From assembly GCA_903874345.1 (NCBI GenBank), contig CAIQRY010000044.1, forward strand, positions 1 to 46,619: a stretch of DNA of 46,619 nt, in the 5' to 3' direction. This document shows, piece by piece, positions 27,612 to 37,431 of this stretch. Position 1 is the first letter of the stretch. Each line of letters starts with the position of its first letter. The DNA is from an uncultured bacterium (GTDB lineage Bacteria > Patescibacteriota > Patescibacteriia > Patescibacteriales > UBA12465). Both the position numbers and the translations under genes were made by a program. The notes below the pieces were generated by a model that worked only from the letters and a program-made list of their open reading frames with translations, was not told the DNA's origin and did no database searches.

Positions 27612-27848
27612 ATGAAATTTAAAATATTTGCAGTCGCCCTTGCTTTAGTAGCAATTCTTTTCATCAGTAGCGGAGTAACAATTTTGACAATGAAATTTTA
27701 TCATTTGTCGTCATCACTCGCTAGCCTGAACAAAGCGGTTATAGAAACTGACGGATTAAGCGCTATGGTGTTTGTCATCATAGGCCTACTATTCTGCGGA
27801 ATCGCCCTTGGCTCATTATTTTTAGGCATCAAGGAGAAGACTGTTTAA
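27612..27848 (+). CDS. small two-TM membrane protein
   Basis: 78 aa with two hydrophobic helices, followed by a terminator. Confidence 0.6.
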   Translation: MKFKIFAVALALVAILFISSGVTILTMKFYHLSSSLASLNKAVIETDGLSAMVFVIIGLLFCGIALGSLFLGIKEKTV

Positions 27849-27863
27849 CCAAGCTGATCGAAT

Positions 27864-27894
27864 AGTCGTTCCTGTTTTCCGGAACGACTTTTTT
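27864..27894. terminator. terminator between the small ORF and folD
   Basis: AGTCGTTCC/GGAACGACT stem followed by a T-tract. Confidence 0.7.
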
Positions 27895-28684
27895 ATTTTC
27901 TCCGTTTAAATATCTCAAGTGCATTTTTAAATAAGAAAGCGATAGTCATCGGTCCGATGCCGCCGGGAACCGGCGTGATATATGACGCCTTATCTTTAAC
28001 GTCCTCATAATCAACATCGCCTAAAACTTTTCCCTCGATTGTCGTAATCCCGATATCAATTAAAACTGCGCCGTCTTTAATCATCTCTTTTTTCACAAAA
28101 TGCGGTTTGCCTAAAGCACTGACCAAAACGGCTGCTTCTCCAGATTTCTCACCCAAATAAACTTTAAGACCTTGCTCTTCTAAAATTTTCTTTACGCTTA
28201 AGCCAAAGACTTCTGAATTATGTAAGACGCAGGCTGTTTTACCCGTGGCTTTAAATTTTATCTCTTCTAAGCAAGCTAAAATTGAAGCTAAAACTGGTGA
28301 CATGACATAATCCGGGTGCTGGGCGTGAAAACCGTCCACATCTTTTTTCGGATCAAGCGCGGCAATAATTTTATCAGCGTCAAATTGTGACGGCAGAGGA
28401 AGCTGCACTAAAATTCCGTCAACGCTCTCATCTTTATTTAAAAAATTTATGACGTCGAGTAATTCGGTTTCGGGTGTGTTCTCCGCCATCTCATATAAAT
28501 GCGTATCGACGCCTACTTTTTTCCCTTCCCGCTCTTTTAAGGAAACATATAATTTCGAATCCGCTCTTTCGCCAACTAAAACAATAGCCAAGTTCGGCCT
28601 TGGCCCCTTAAAATCAAAAATTGTCTGAGCAATCTGGTCTTTAACGCGTTCCGCGATTGTTCGGCCGTCTATTTTTTTAACCAT
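27893..28684 (-). CDS. folD: methylene-THF dehydrogenase/cyclohydrolase (short, divergent)
   Basis: S..YVSLK, DGILVQLPLP, KDVDGFH, GDVD, ITPVPGGIGPMT. Confidence 0.92.
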   Translation of the reverse strand: MVKKIDGRTIAERVKDQIAQTIFDFKGPRPNLAIVLVGERADSKLYVSLKEREGKKVGVDTHLYEMAENTPETELLDVINFLNKDESVDGILVQLPLPSQFDADKIIAALDPKKDVDGFHAQHPDYVMSPVLASILACLEEIKFKATGKTACVLHNSEVFGLSVKKILEEQGLKVYLGEKSGEAAVLVSALGKPHFVKKEMIKDGAVLIDIGITTIEGKVLGDVDYEDVKDKASYITPVPGGIGPMTIAFLFKNALEIFKRRK

Positions 28685-28685
28685 A

Positions 28686-29930
28686 TTATTTAGTCGGGAT
28701 CGGAAATTGTTCGCACAATGTTTTAACTTTTTGTTTTAAGTCGCTTAATTTTTCTTCGTTCTCCTTATTCTGTAAAGCTAAATCAATATATTCGACGATT
28801 AACTTCATTTCCGGTTCTTTAAGCCCGCGCGTCGTTACCGCCGGTGTGCCAATTCTGACGCCCGAAGGATTCATGGGCGGATTCGGATCATTCGGAATCG
28901 TGGAGCGCGAAACTGAAATACCAATTTTTTCTAGAGTCTTTTCCGCTTCTTTACCAACCAAACCTTTATTATTCAAATCGATAACCATTAAATGATTATC
29001 CGTTCCCCCGGAAATAATTTTATAGCCGCGCGCGATAAACTCCGCGGCCATGGCCTGCGCGTTTTTAATTATCTGTTTTGAATATTCAATAAATTCCGGT
29101 TTTAGAGCTTCGCCGAAAGCGACCGCTTTAGCCGCCGTAATATGATCATGCGGCCCGCCCTGCATACCGGGGAAAACCGCGCTATTAACCTGCTTCGCAA
29201 ATTTTTCCTTGCACATAATAATCGCGCCGCGCGGTCCGCGCAAAGTTTTATGCGTCGTGGTTGAAACTACATCGAAAATTGGAACCGGATTATTTAATAG
29301 CCCCGCCGCGATAAGACCGGCGATATGCGCAATGTCCGCAAAAGTATAGGCCCCGATTTCATCGGCAATATCTTTAAATTTCTGCCAATCGATTTCTCTT
29401 GAATAGGCCGAAAAGCCAGCGACAATCATTTTCGGTCTTTCCCGCAGCGCGACTTCTCTAACTTCATCCATATCAATCACGCCTGTTTCCGGGTTGCAGC
29501 CATATTGAACAAAATTATATAAACGACCGGAAAAATTAACACTATGGCCGTGTGATAAATGACCGCCGTGATCTAGCTTTAAACCTAAAACTTTATCGCC
29601 CGGATTTAGGAAGGCCATATAAACCGCGGCATTAGCTGGTGAACCGGATAAAGGCTGGACATTAACATGCTCGGCCTGAAATAATTCTTTCGCCCGCTCA
29701 ATCGCTAGGGTCTCAATTTCATCAATATTATAATTTCCGCCGTAATAGCGCTTACCGACGTAACCTTCGCTGTATTTATTAGTCAGAACCGTGGCCATCG
29801 CCTCTAAAACGGCCGGGGAAACATAATTTTCCGAAGCAATAAGCTCTAATTCCTCGTTTTGGCGCTGTTCTTCCTTCTCAATAATGGCCCAAACGGCGGG
29901 ATCTTGTTGTTTTAAGTGGTCGTATTTCAT
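28686..29930 (-). CDS. glyA: serine hydroxymethyltransferase
   Basis: LIASEN, NKYSEGY..KRYYGG, GGHLSHG, TTTHKTLRGPRG. Confidence 0.98.
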   Translation of the reverse strand: MKYDHLKQQDPAVWAIIEKEEQRQNEELELIASENYVSPAVLEAMATVLTNKYSEGYVGKRYYGGNYNIDEIETLAIERAKELFQAEHVNVQPLSGSPANAAVYMAFLNPGDKVLGLKLDHGGHLSHGHSVNFSGRLYNFVQYGCNPETGVIDMDEVREVALRERPKMIVAGFSAYSREIDWQKFKDIADEIGAYTFADIAHIAGLIAAGLLNNPVPIFDVVSTTTHKTLRGPRGAIIMCKEKFAKQVNSAVFPGMQGGPHDHITAAKAVAFGEALKPEFIEYSKQIIKNAQAMAAEFIARGYKIISGGTDNHLMVIDLNNKGLVGKEAEKTLEKIGISVSRSTIPNDPNPPMNPSGVRIGTPAVTTRGLKEPEMKLIVEYIDLALQNKENEEKLSDLKQKVKTLCEQFPIPTK

Positions 29931-29971
29931 ATCTTTAATCTTAGTTTAGAGGTAGTGTTTTGTCAAAATAA

Positions 29972-31552
29972 TTAATTTTGCTGCTTTACCATATATCCCT
30001 CTTCTAATTTATAGCCTAATTTTCTGTAATATTCGCGGACGCCGACCCCGGAAATAATTGCGATTTTATTGGTTTTCGCTCTACGAGCAATCTCTTCCGC
30101 TTCTTTAAGTAATTTCTTGCCTAAACCGCTATGCTGTATTTTCTTTTGACCGCCCACCGCGACTAATTCCCCGTAAACATGAAGTTCGCGAATAAGCGCT
30201 GGCGCAATCGGACTATTAAAATCCATTCTTAACCGGCAAAAACCGTACAATATTTTTTTATCTAGACTGTCAGCGCTAATAAAATATTCTGTTCCGCCGG
30301 AAGACGGGTATTTTAGAACATTAATCTGATAATCTTTAATCGGCTGGTCTTTCGCTTCACGACAGCGGATACAATTACATTTGACGCCGCGCTGCTGCAT
30401 GATTTGCCGCAAATTTGTAATTTTATTACCGGCGATAATTGATTCTTCCGGAATATCGCGGATGAGCCGGATGATGCGCACATAAGTCGGCACAACTTTT
30501 TTACAATCAACAATTAATTTCTGTAAAACCGTGTCCGAATATGGCTTATACTTTCCTTGTTTATACCATTTATAGAGCAAGCTGCCCTTTGTTACGACCG
30601 TGGGATAAAATTTAATCTGATCCGGCTGAAATCTCTCGTCCGTAAATAATTTTTTAAACAAAGCTAAATCTTTTTTCGGCGTGGCGCCCGGAAGAGCCGG
30701 CATAAGATGATAAGTAATCTTAAAACCAAATTGTTTTAAAAGTTTGGTCGCCGCCACAATTTCTTTAACACCATGTCCCCGCTTATTTAATTTTAAAATC
30801 TTATCATCAACCGCCTGCACGCCGATTTCGACGCGCGTACAGCCTAAATCGCGCATTTCTCTAAGTTCTTTTTCATTAATATAATCCGGTCGTGTTTCTA
30901 GAGTTAATCCGATAAGATTATATTTGGCGCTTTCGTTTTTATTTTGCTCTTTAATTAATAACTGTTTTAATTTCACGAGACTTAAATTCTTCGCATAAGC
31001 GCGCGTCAAATCAATTTTCTTTTTTTGATAATCATTAACCGCCTTAAAACAATTTAAAATATACCAATATTTATACTTGGTCGGTAAATAACTCCAGGTG
31101 CCGCCAATAACAATGATTTCAATTTTGGTCGGTTCGTGTCCGTTCGCTTCGAGCGCTTTTAAACGTAAAGAGACTTGTTTATACGGATCGTAGCCGCAAC
31201 GAATCGCGCGCATGACCGCCGGCTCGTTTGATAAATAACTAGCCGGCACATCGCTTTCGTGTGGACAATAAGCACAAGTGCCTGGGCAAGGATAGGGCTT
31301 AGTTAAAACCGCGACCGGCGCGATGCCCGACATAGTGCGAACCGATCTTTTGCGCAGTAATTTTTCCAGATTCATGAACGGCTTGATTTTTTTTGCCAAC
31401 ACTAAAGACCGATATTCTTTTAAAACATCGGAATTTAAAATCTTCGCTAATTGATATTCCTTGCAAATCGCCCGCTTCGCCTCTTCCAAGCCGTCCCTTG
31501 TTTTAAGCGTCGGGCCGTAATTTTGCAGTAATTTTTTTATTGCCTCTGACAT
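29972..31552 (-). CDS. elp3: Elp3 radical-SAM/KAT tRNA U34 carboxymethyltransferase
   Basis: RTMSGIAPVAV, CPGTCAYC, GGTW, ETRPD, TRVEIGVQ, RLIRDIP, CNCIRCRE, IRELHVYG, QHSGLG, ISGVGVREYYRKLGY. Confidence 0.95.
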   Translation of the reverse strand: MSEAIKKLLQNYGPTLKTRDGLEEAKRAICKEYQLAKILNSDVLKEYRSLVLAKKIKPFMNLEKLLRKRSVRTMSGIAPVAVLTKPYPCPGTCAYCPHESDVPASYLSNEPAVMRAIRCGYDPYKQVSLRLKALEANGHEPTKIEIIVIGGTWSYLPTKYKYWYILNCFKAVNDYQKKKIDLTRAYAKNLSLVKLKQLLIKEQNKNESAKYNLIGLTLETRPDYINEKELREMRDLGCTRVEIGVQAVDDKILKLNKRGHGVKEIVAATKLLKQFGFKITYHLMPALPGATPKKDLALFKKLFTDERFQPDQIKFYPTVVTKGSLLYKWYKQGKYKPYSDTVLQKLIVDCKKVVPTYVRIIRLIRDIPEESIIAGNKITNLRQIMQQRGVKCNCIRCREAKDQPIKDYQINVLKYPSSGGTEYFISADSLDKKILYGFCRLRMDFNSPIAPALIRELHVYGELVAVGGQKKIQHSGLGKKLLKEAEEIARRAKTNKIAIISGVGVREYYRKLGYKLEEGYMVKQQN

Positions 31553-31625
31553 GCTTTTAAGATATAATTAAACCAGTGTCTGCCTAACAATATAACATTA
31601 TAATCTAATTTTTAACAAGACCTGT

Positions 31626-32762
31626 ATGCGTCTCAAAAATCTTAAAATTGTCCTATTTTTAGCCTTATTTTTAACGCCATTCGCGGTCGTAAAGGCGGCT
31701 AATTTCGAGGCTAACAGCGCGGTTTACGTGGCTAAAGACCAGATTATTGCCGGTAACTTATATGCCACAGGTCAAACCGTGACCATTGATGGCAATATCG
31801 CCGGCGATTTAATTGTCGCGGCCCGGACTATTAACGTTAACGGTCGGGTTGATGGTGACATTATTGCCGCCGCCTCGAATATTACGGTTAACGGTGAAGT
31901 TGGCGGGAATATCCGCGTCCTCGCGAGTGCGATAAATTTAAATGGCCCGGTCGCTCGTAACATTAACGCTTTTGGCGCCAATGTTATTTTGGGTAATAAC
32001 TCCAAAGTTGGTTGGGATGTTTTACTTATGGCCGCCGGGGCAGAAGTGCGCGGCGAAATAGACGGCAGTTTATCAGGTCGTGCTAATCAGATTTTAATTG
32101 CCGGCCAAATTAATAAAAATGTTGACTTAAATTTAGACAGACAAGCCAACCAAAGCTTGACCGTGTCTAATGACGCGATAATTAAGGGGGACTTAAATTA
32201 TACTTCTCGCTCGGCTGCTAAAATTGCTAACCCGACTAGCATCTCTGGCAAAGTTAACCAGAAATCGCCACTCGCGGAAAACAAAAATAATATCGCGACT
32301 TGGCTCTGGCGTCATTTGGTCGCGATTTTTTCAGCCATTGTCGTCGGTTTAATCTTGGTTTTTGTCACGACTAAATTTACGCCTCATATTTTAAAAAGTA
32401 TCGAAGAGAACCCGGGGAAGTCATTGCTCCACGGCTTAATTATCATGTTAGTCTTGCCGCCGATTGCTTTACTCTTAATGTTTACGGTCATTGGTATCCC
32501 GCTCGCTTTAATTATCGGCGCTTGGTGGCTAGTCGCGATGTATGTCGCCCGAATTATCACGGCGATTTTAGTCGGTGAATTATTATTCCAGAAAATATTT
32601 AAGAATCATAAGCCCGCTTTAATCTGGTCCTTGGTCTTAGGCGTCGCCGTTCTCTGGCTTATTATCGCAATTCCTTTCGTCGGTTGGATTTTCGCGCTCA
32701 TTGCCATTTGGCTCGGCTTGGGCGGTGCCTGGGCTTTTGTCTCGAACCAACTAAAAGCTTAA
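31626..32762 (+). CDS. bactofilin/polymer-forming beta-helix protein with a C-terminal multi-TM domain
   Basis: Signal peptide, repeated (I/V).G.(I/V).G(D/N) motifs, hydrophobic C-terminus (TVIGIP, IPFVGW). Confidence 0.8.
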   Translation: MRLKNLKIVLFLALFLTPFAVVKAANFEANSAVYVAKDQIIAGNLYATGQTVTIDGNIAGDLIVAARTINVNGRVDGDIIAAASNITVNGEVGGNIRVLASAINLNGPVARNINAFGANVILGNNSKVGWDVLLMAAGAEVRGEIDGSLSGRANQILIAGQINKNVDLNLDRQANQSLTVSNDAIIKGDLNYTSRSAAKIANPTSISGKVNQKSPLAENKNNIATWLWRHLVAIFSAIVVGLILVFVTTKFTPHILKSIEENPGKSLLHGLIIMLVLPPIALLLMFTVIGIPLALIIGAWWLVAMYVARIITAILVGELLFQKIFKNHKPALIWSLVLGVAVLWLIIAIPFVGWIFALIAIWLGLGGAWAFVSNQLKA

Positions 32763-32768
32763 TCTTCT

Positions 32769-34859
32769 ATGAAGAATCTTCTGTTAGAAGCAAAGACGGG
32801 ATTTAAAACTCTAAAATTAAAAGAGTCTTATAAAAAAGCGGCTTTAAAAAACCTAGCTCTTTGGCTTACCAAGGAAGAGTTTAAAGATTATGTTCCTCAG
32901 ATAAAACATTTGATTACTAAAAAACATTGGGAATACTTATTAGATTCTTTTTATCAGGTTATCCCTTTCGGCACCGGCGGCCGACGCGGTGAAGTCGGTA
33001 TTGGGCCGAATCGTATTAATCCCTGGACGATTAAGGCTTCCGCCCAAGGCCACTCACAATATCTCCTTAAAAAACACGGCGTAAAAGTAAAAAACGCTGG
33101 CGTTGTTTTTGCTTATGACGTTCGCGAGTTTAATGGCAATCAATATTTAGATAATGCTCTAAAAAATCCCGTCAAAAATCTAAAAAGCGTTGATTTAGCC
33201 AAAGCGGCCGCTGAAGTTTACGCCGCGAATGGCATCAAAGTCTATATGTTCAACGGCATTCGAACTACGCCGGAATTATCTTTTGCGGTCAGATATTTAA
33301 AAGCCGCAGCTGGCGATGTTTTTTCCGCTTCGCATAACCCGCCCGACCATAATGGCAAAAAACTTTATGATGAATTCGGCGGGCAATTAATTCCGCCCGA
33401 TGACGAGATCTTAGTTAAGGAAGTGACTCAAAAAGTTAAAACCATAAAACATTTGGCGTATCAAAAAGCGACCGGTCTAGGTTTAATTGTTAAAATAAAA
33501 TCCGATGTTGATGAGGCTTATCTCCGGGCGGCCGCCAAGGTTTCTCGCTCGTCGGCGCGAAATATAAATATTACTTATACTTCCCTTCATGGTTGCGGCC
33601 TAACGTCTGTTTATAAGGTCCTAAAAAATTCCGGCTTTAAAGTTAAGCTAGATACTAAAACCAGCCGCCCGAGCGGTCGTTTCGAAAATATTACTTTTAA
33701 TATTCCGAACCCGGAAGTAGTTGAATCTTTTGACACAACTTTAAAGTTCGCTCAAAAAAATAAAAGCGATTTAATTATTAGTAGCGACCCGGACGCCGAT
33801 CGCATCGGCCTAATGGTTAAACATAAGAAAGACTGGGTCTTCTTAAATGGCAACGAAATCGCCACGATTTTAGTCGGCTATGCCGCCACTAAAAACAAGG
33901 GCGGTTTAATTGTTAAAACGGTTGTCACGACCGATCTAATAAAAAATATCTGTGCCGCCAAAAGATTACAGTTAACCGGCGACCTTTTGGTCGGCTTTAA
34001 GTATATAGCGGCCGAACTCAATAAATTAGAAAAAAAAGGTAAAAATAAAAATTTTCTTTTAGGCGCTGAGGAAAGCAACGGTTATTTGGGCGGCGATTAT
34101 GCGCGCGACAAAGATGCGGCCGGCGTGGCTGTCTGGCTTGCGGAATTAGCCGCTGAACTAAAAAAGAATAAAAAGACTTTAATCGACTATTTAAATAATC
34201 TTTATAGCGAGTACGGTTACTTCCGTAATTATTTAACCGAGGTTCGTATTCTGGGCGCGATTGGACAAGAAAAAATTAATCATTTGCAAAAAACCTTAAG
34301 AAATAATCCGCCTAAAAAATTTGGTAATTTTAAAGTCAAAAAATTCGAAGATTACTTAAAACATAAACCGCTCGTTTCTGGAACCGACCGGGTTGCGAAG
34401 AATATGTTGGTCTTTCATCTCACGCCTTTAAAAGGAGTAAACTCAATTAAAGTTACTATCAGACCGTCTGGCACGGAACCAAAAACAAAAATCTATTTTG
34501 AAATTGGGACAAAGTCGGTCGCTAGCTCTAAATTAACTAAAACGAAAGCCGAAACAGAAAAATTATTAAATACCTTGGAAAAATCCGTCATGACTGATCT
34601 TTACCGCTTAATCGGCGTTGATTTCCCGGAGCGCGGTTTTCTTTTGTTCTGGCAATTACCGCTTAACGATAAATTAAAATATTTTCAGATTGAACCCCAA
34701 ATTGAAAATTTAAGAAAAGAAATTAACCTCCAAAAACGTCGCGAGCAACTCTTTAAATTATTATCCTTTTTGGGTTCTAACCCCCTGGAAAAAATCGATA
34801 AAGCTTTTATTGCCAAGAATAAAAAACCCATCCTCAAATATCTTAGACTCAACGCTTAA
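32769..34859 (+). CDS. phosphoglucomutase/phosphomannomutase family protein
   Basis: FGTGGRRG, SASHNP, DPDADR, GAEESNG, IRPSGTEPKTKIY. Confidence 0.92.
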   Translation: MKNLLLEAKTGFKTLKLKESYKKAALKNLALWLTKEEFKDYVPQIKHLITKKHWEYLLDSFYQVIPFGTGGRRGEVGIGPNRINPWTIKASAQGHSQYLLKKHGVKVKNAGVVFAYDVREFNGNQYLDNALKNPVKNLKSVDLAKAAAEVYAANGIKVYMFNGIRTTPELSFAVRYLKAAAGDVFSASHNPPDHNGKKLYDEFGGQLIPPDDEILVKEVTQKVKTIKHLAYQKATGLGLIVKIKSDVDEAYLRAAAKVSRSSARNINITYTSLHGCGLTSVYKVLKNSGFKVKLDTKTSRPSGRFENITFNIPNPEVVESFDTTLKFAQKNKSDLIISSDPDADRIGLMVKHKKDWVFLNGNEIATILVGYAATKNKGGLIVKTVVTTDLIKNICAAKRLQLTGDLLVGFKYIAAELNKLEKKGKNKNFLLGAEESNGYLGGDYARDKDAAGVAVWLAELAAELKKNKKTLIDYLNNLYSEYGYFRNYLTEVRILGAIGQEKINHLQKTLRNNPPKKFGNFKVKKFEDYLKHKPLVSGTDRVAKNMLVFHLTPLKGVNSIKVTIRPSGTEPKTKIYFEIGTKSVASSKLTKTKAETEKLLNTLEKSVMTDLYRLIGVDFPERGFLLFWQLPLNDKLKYFQIEPQIENLRKEINLQKRREQLFKLLSFLGSNPLEKIDKAFIAKNKKPILKYLRLNA

Positions 34860-34868
34860 TTAAAAAAT

Positions 34869-34901
34869 AAAAAACCGCCCTAATAATTTAAGGCGGTTTT
34901 T
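34869..34901. terminator. bidirectional terminator
   Basis: AAAAACCGCC/GGCGGTTTTT. Confidence 0.75.
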
Positions 34902-34916
34902 ATTATTCCTAACTAA

Positions 34917-36716
34917 TTATTCAACGGTCACCGACTTGGCTAAATTTCTCGGCTTATCAACATTTAATCCTTTGCGGTCGGCAATGTGGTAGGCTAAAAG
35001 CTGTAACGGAATAACGTTAACAATCGGCGAAAATAATTTATTAACTACCGGAACTTTAATCAGATAATCGGCGAGCTTGGCGATGTATCCATAATCCTGA
35101 TCAACCACGGCAATGATTTTCCCGCCGCGCGCTTTAACTTCCTGCATGTTGCTGATAATTTTTTCGCTCAAATCATTTTTCGTAGCGATAAAAACAACCG
35201 GCATCTTCTCATCGATTAGCGCTATCGGCCCGTGTTTTATTTCCGCGGCCGGATAACCCTCGGCATGAATATAAGAAATCTCTTTTAATTTTAAGGCTCC
35301 TTCAAGGGCGACTGGAAAATTTAAACCACGACCCAAATATAAAAAATGGTCGGTGTTTTTAAACTTTAAGGCAATCTTTTTAACTTCTTTATCAACTTTT
35401 AAAGTTTGTTCGACAATCGCCGGTAAACGTTTTAAATCCGCTAATAATCTGGGGTCTAATTTTTCGTGTTTTTCCTGCTTTAAATATAAAGCAAAAAGGA
35501 GGAGCGCGCCGACCTGCGAGCTAAAAGCTTTGGTGCTCGCGACGCCAATTTCCGGACCGGCGTGCAGATAAATTCCGGAGCCAACTTCCCGTGTCATCGT
35601 TGAACCAACGACGTTAACAATCCCCAATGTCTTAGCGCCTTGTTTTTCCGCTTCCCGAAGGGCTGCTAGTGTGTCCGCGGTCTCGCCAGACTGCGAAATC
35701 GCAATAATTAAATCGGTTAGTTTAATTAACGGCTGGCGATAACGGAATTCGGATGCATAATCGACTTCAACCGGAATACGGGCGATTTCCTCAATTAAGT
35801 ATTTACCGATTAAAGCCGAATGCCAACTCGTCCCACAAGCGACAATAATAATTTTTTCAAAATCTTTTGGCCCAACCTTAACCGATAATTTAATTTTATT
35901 ATCCTTAACTCGACCACTCAGTAAATTATTTAAACTTTGTGGTTGTTCAAAAACTTCCTTAAGCATGAAATGTTTAAATCCTTTTTTTTCAATCTGGGCT
36001 GCGCTCATTTTTACGTCTTCAACCTGGCGATCCATTTTCTGCCCATTCAAATTCTTAATTTTATAACCCTTGGCGTCGATAATCGCTAAATCGCCATCCT
36101 TAAGATAAACTACTCTCTTTGTATATTTAAGAAGCGCTGGGATATCAGACGCAATAAATGTTTCATGCTTACCAATTCCTAAAAGCAAGGGCGAAGAACG
36201 GCGCGCCGCGACTAATTTGTTCTCTTTAACGCTTAGCGCGACTAAGCCATATGAACCCTCGATCAGCGCTAACGCTTTTGAAACGGCGGTTTCTAAATTA
36301 CCCCTATAAAACTTTTCGATTAAGTGTGCTAAAACTTCCGAATCTGTTTCCGAAGAAAACTGATGGCCCTCTTTAATTAAAATTTTCTTTAAGGCCTGAT
36401 AATTTTCAATAATTCCGTTATGGACTACAGTAATTTCATGCTGGCAATCAAAATGCGGATGAGCGTTGCGTTCGCTCGGCACGCCGTGAGTGGCCCAACG
36501 AGTATGCGCAATACCGATGACGCCCTCGATCTTTTCCTGTTTAAGAGCTTTTTCTAAACTCGCGACCGGGCCGACTTTTTTATTGATAATAAAACCGCCT
36601 TTTTCTAAAACACAAATACCGGCGCTATCATAGCCCCGGTATTCTAATTTTTTCAATCCGTCAATTAAAATATTCTTCGCCGGCTTCCCACCCAAATAAC
36701 CGATAATGCCGCACAT
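34917..36716 (-). CDS. glmS: glutamine-fructose-6-phosphate aminotransferase
   Basis: MCGIIG, HTRWATHG, SQSGETAD, PRNLAKSVTVE. Confidence 0.98.
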   Translation of the reverse strand: MCGIIGYLGGKPAKNILIDGLKKLEYRGYDSAGICVLEKGGFIINKKVGPVASLEKALKQEKIEGVIGIAHTRWATHGVPSERNAHPHFDCQHEITVVHNGIIENYQALKKILIKEGHQFSSETDSEVLAHLIEKFYRGNLETAVSKALALIEGSYGLVALSVKENKLVAARRSSPLLLGIGKHETFIASDIPALLKYTKRVVYLKDGDLAIIDAKGYKIKNLNGQKMDRQVEDVKMSAAQIEKKGFKHFMLKEVFEQPQSLNNLLSGRVKDNKIKLSVKVGPKDFEKIIIVACGTSWHSALIGKYLIEEIARIPVEVDYASEFRYRQPLIKLTDLIIAISQSGETADTLAALREAEKQGAKTLGIVNVVGSTMTREVGSGIYLHAGPEIGVASTKAFSSQVGALLLFALYLKQEKHEKLDPRLLADLKRLPAIVEQTLKVDKEVKKIALKFKNTDHFLYLGRGLNFPVALEGALKLKEISYIHAEGYPAAEIKHGPIALIDEKMPVVFIATKNDLSEKIISNMQEVKARGGKIIAVVDQDYGYIAKLADYLIKVPVVNKLFSPIVNVIPLQLLAYHIADRKGLNVDKPRNLAKSVTVE

Positions 36717-36726
36717 ATTTTTTTAA

Positions 36727-36996
36727 TTATTTTCTTTCCACCTCAATCTTGCATTTAGAAACTAAGGCCGCTAAGGCGCCTAAGGCTGCTAAAACCGGAG
36801 CGAAAACCGCGCCGACCACGGCGAAGGTCACTGGGATTTCCATCATCACCTTCCCTTTCTCGTCTTTAATCATAATCCGGCGAACATTTCCTTCTTTAAT
36901 TAATTCTTTAACTTTTTCTAAAAGCTCATGGCCGCGAACCACAAATTCTTCCTTTAGTTCTTCTTTACCAAATTGTTTTTTAGTTTTTTTAGGCAT
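36727..36996 (-). CDS. DUF4342-like small protein
   Basis: KVKELIKEGNVRRI.IK...EIPVT plus a hydrophobic Ala-rich C-terminus. Confidence 0.8.
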   Translation of the reverse strand: MPKKTKKQFGKEELKEEFVVRGHELLEKVKELIKEGNVRRIMIKDEKGKVMMEIPVTFAVVGAVFAPVLAALGALAALVSKCKIEVERK

Positions 36997-37009
36997 AAAT
37001 TTAAAATAA

Positions 37010-37426
37010 TTATTTTTTAAATTTCTTACGTTTATAAACTTCTTTAGACTTTCGCGTAATCGCCAGAATCGTTAAGACGGCGATATAAGAGGAAATAACC
37101 GAACCCGGGAGCTCATAGGGGTGCGGCCAGATGAAACCGGAAATAATTAGTAAAAAAATTAAAACCGTCCAAATAATAACAAATATCTCCCCCGGATGCT
37201 GCCCGTGATGATGGTGATACCAGCGTTCGAATTCTTTATCGCTCGCATAAATCGCGAGCGAAGCGATATAAACGGTCGACAAAACGTCTAAAATCCCACG
37301 GCAACCATTATTCGTTAAAAAATCAGCGATGACTACTAAGAAGAAAAGGACTGACCAAATATTAATTAAATAACGCCAAAATTTAAAATCTTTAGCGATT
37401 AAATCTTGATTAAAAAATTTAGCCAT
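37010..37426 (-). CDS. four-TM membrane protein
   Basis: Hydrophobic helices with a KEFERWYHHHHGQHPGE loop. Confidence 0.75.
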   Translation of the reverse strand: MAKFFNQDLIAKDFKFWRYLINIWSVLFFLVVIADFLTNNGCRGILDVLSTVYIASLAIYASDKEFERWYHHHHGQHPGEIFVIIWTVLIFLLIISGFIWPHPYELPGSVISSYIAVLTILAITRKSKEVYKRKKFKK

Positions 37427-37431
37427 AAATT

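Noticed and set aside
36717-36726. glmS ribozyme
   Set aside because: Only 10 nt separate glmS from the upstream gene, leaving no room.
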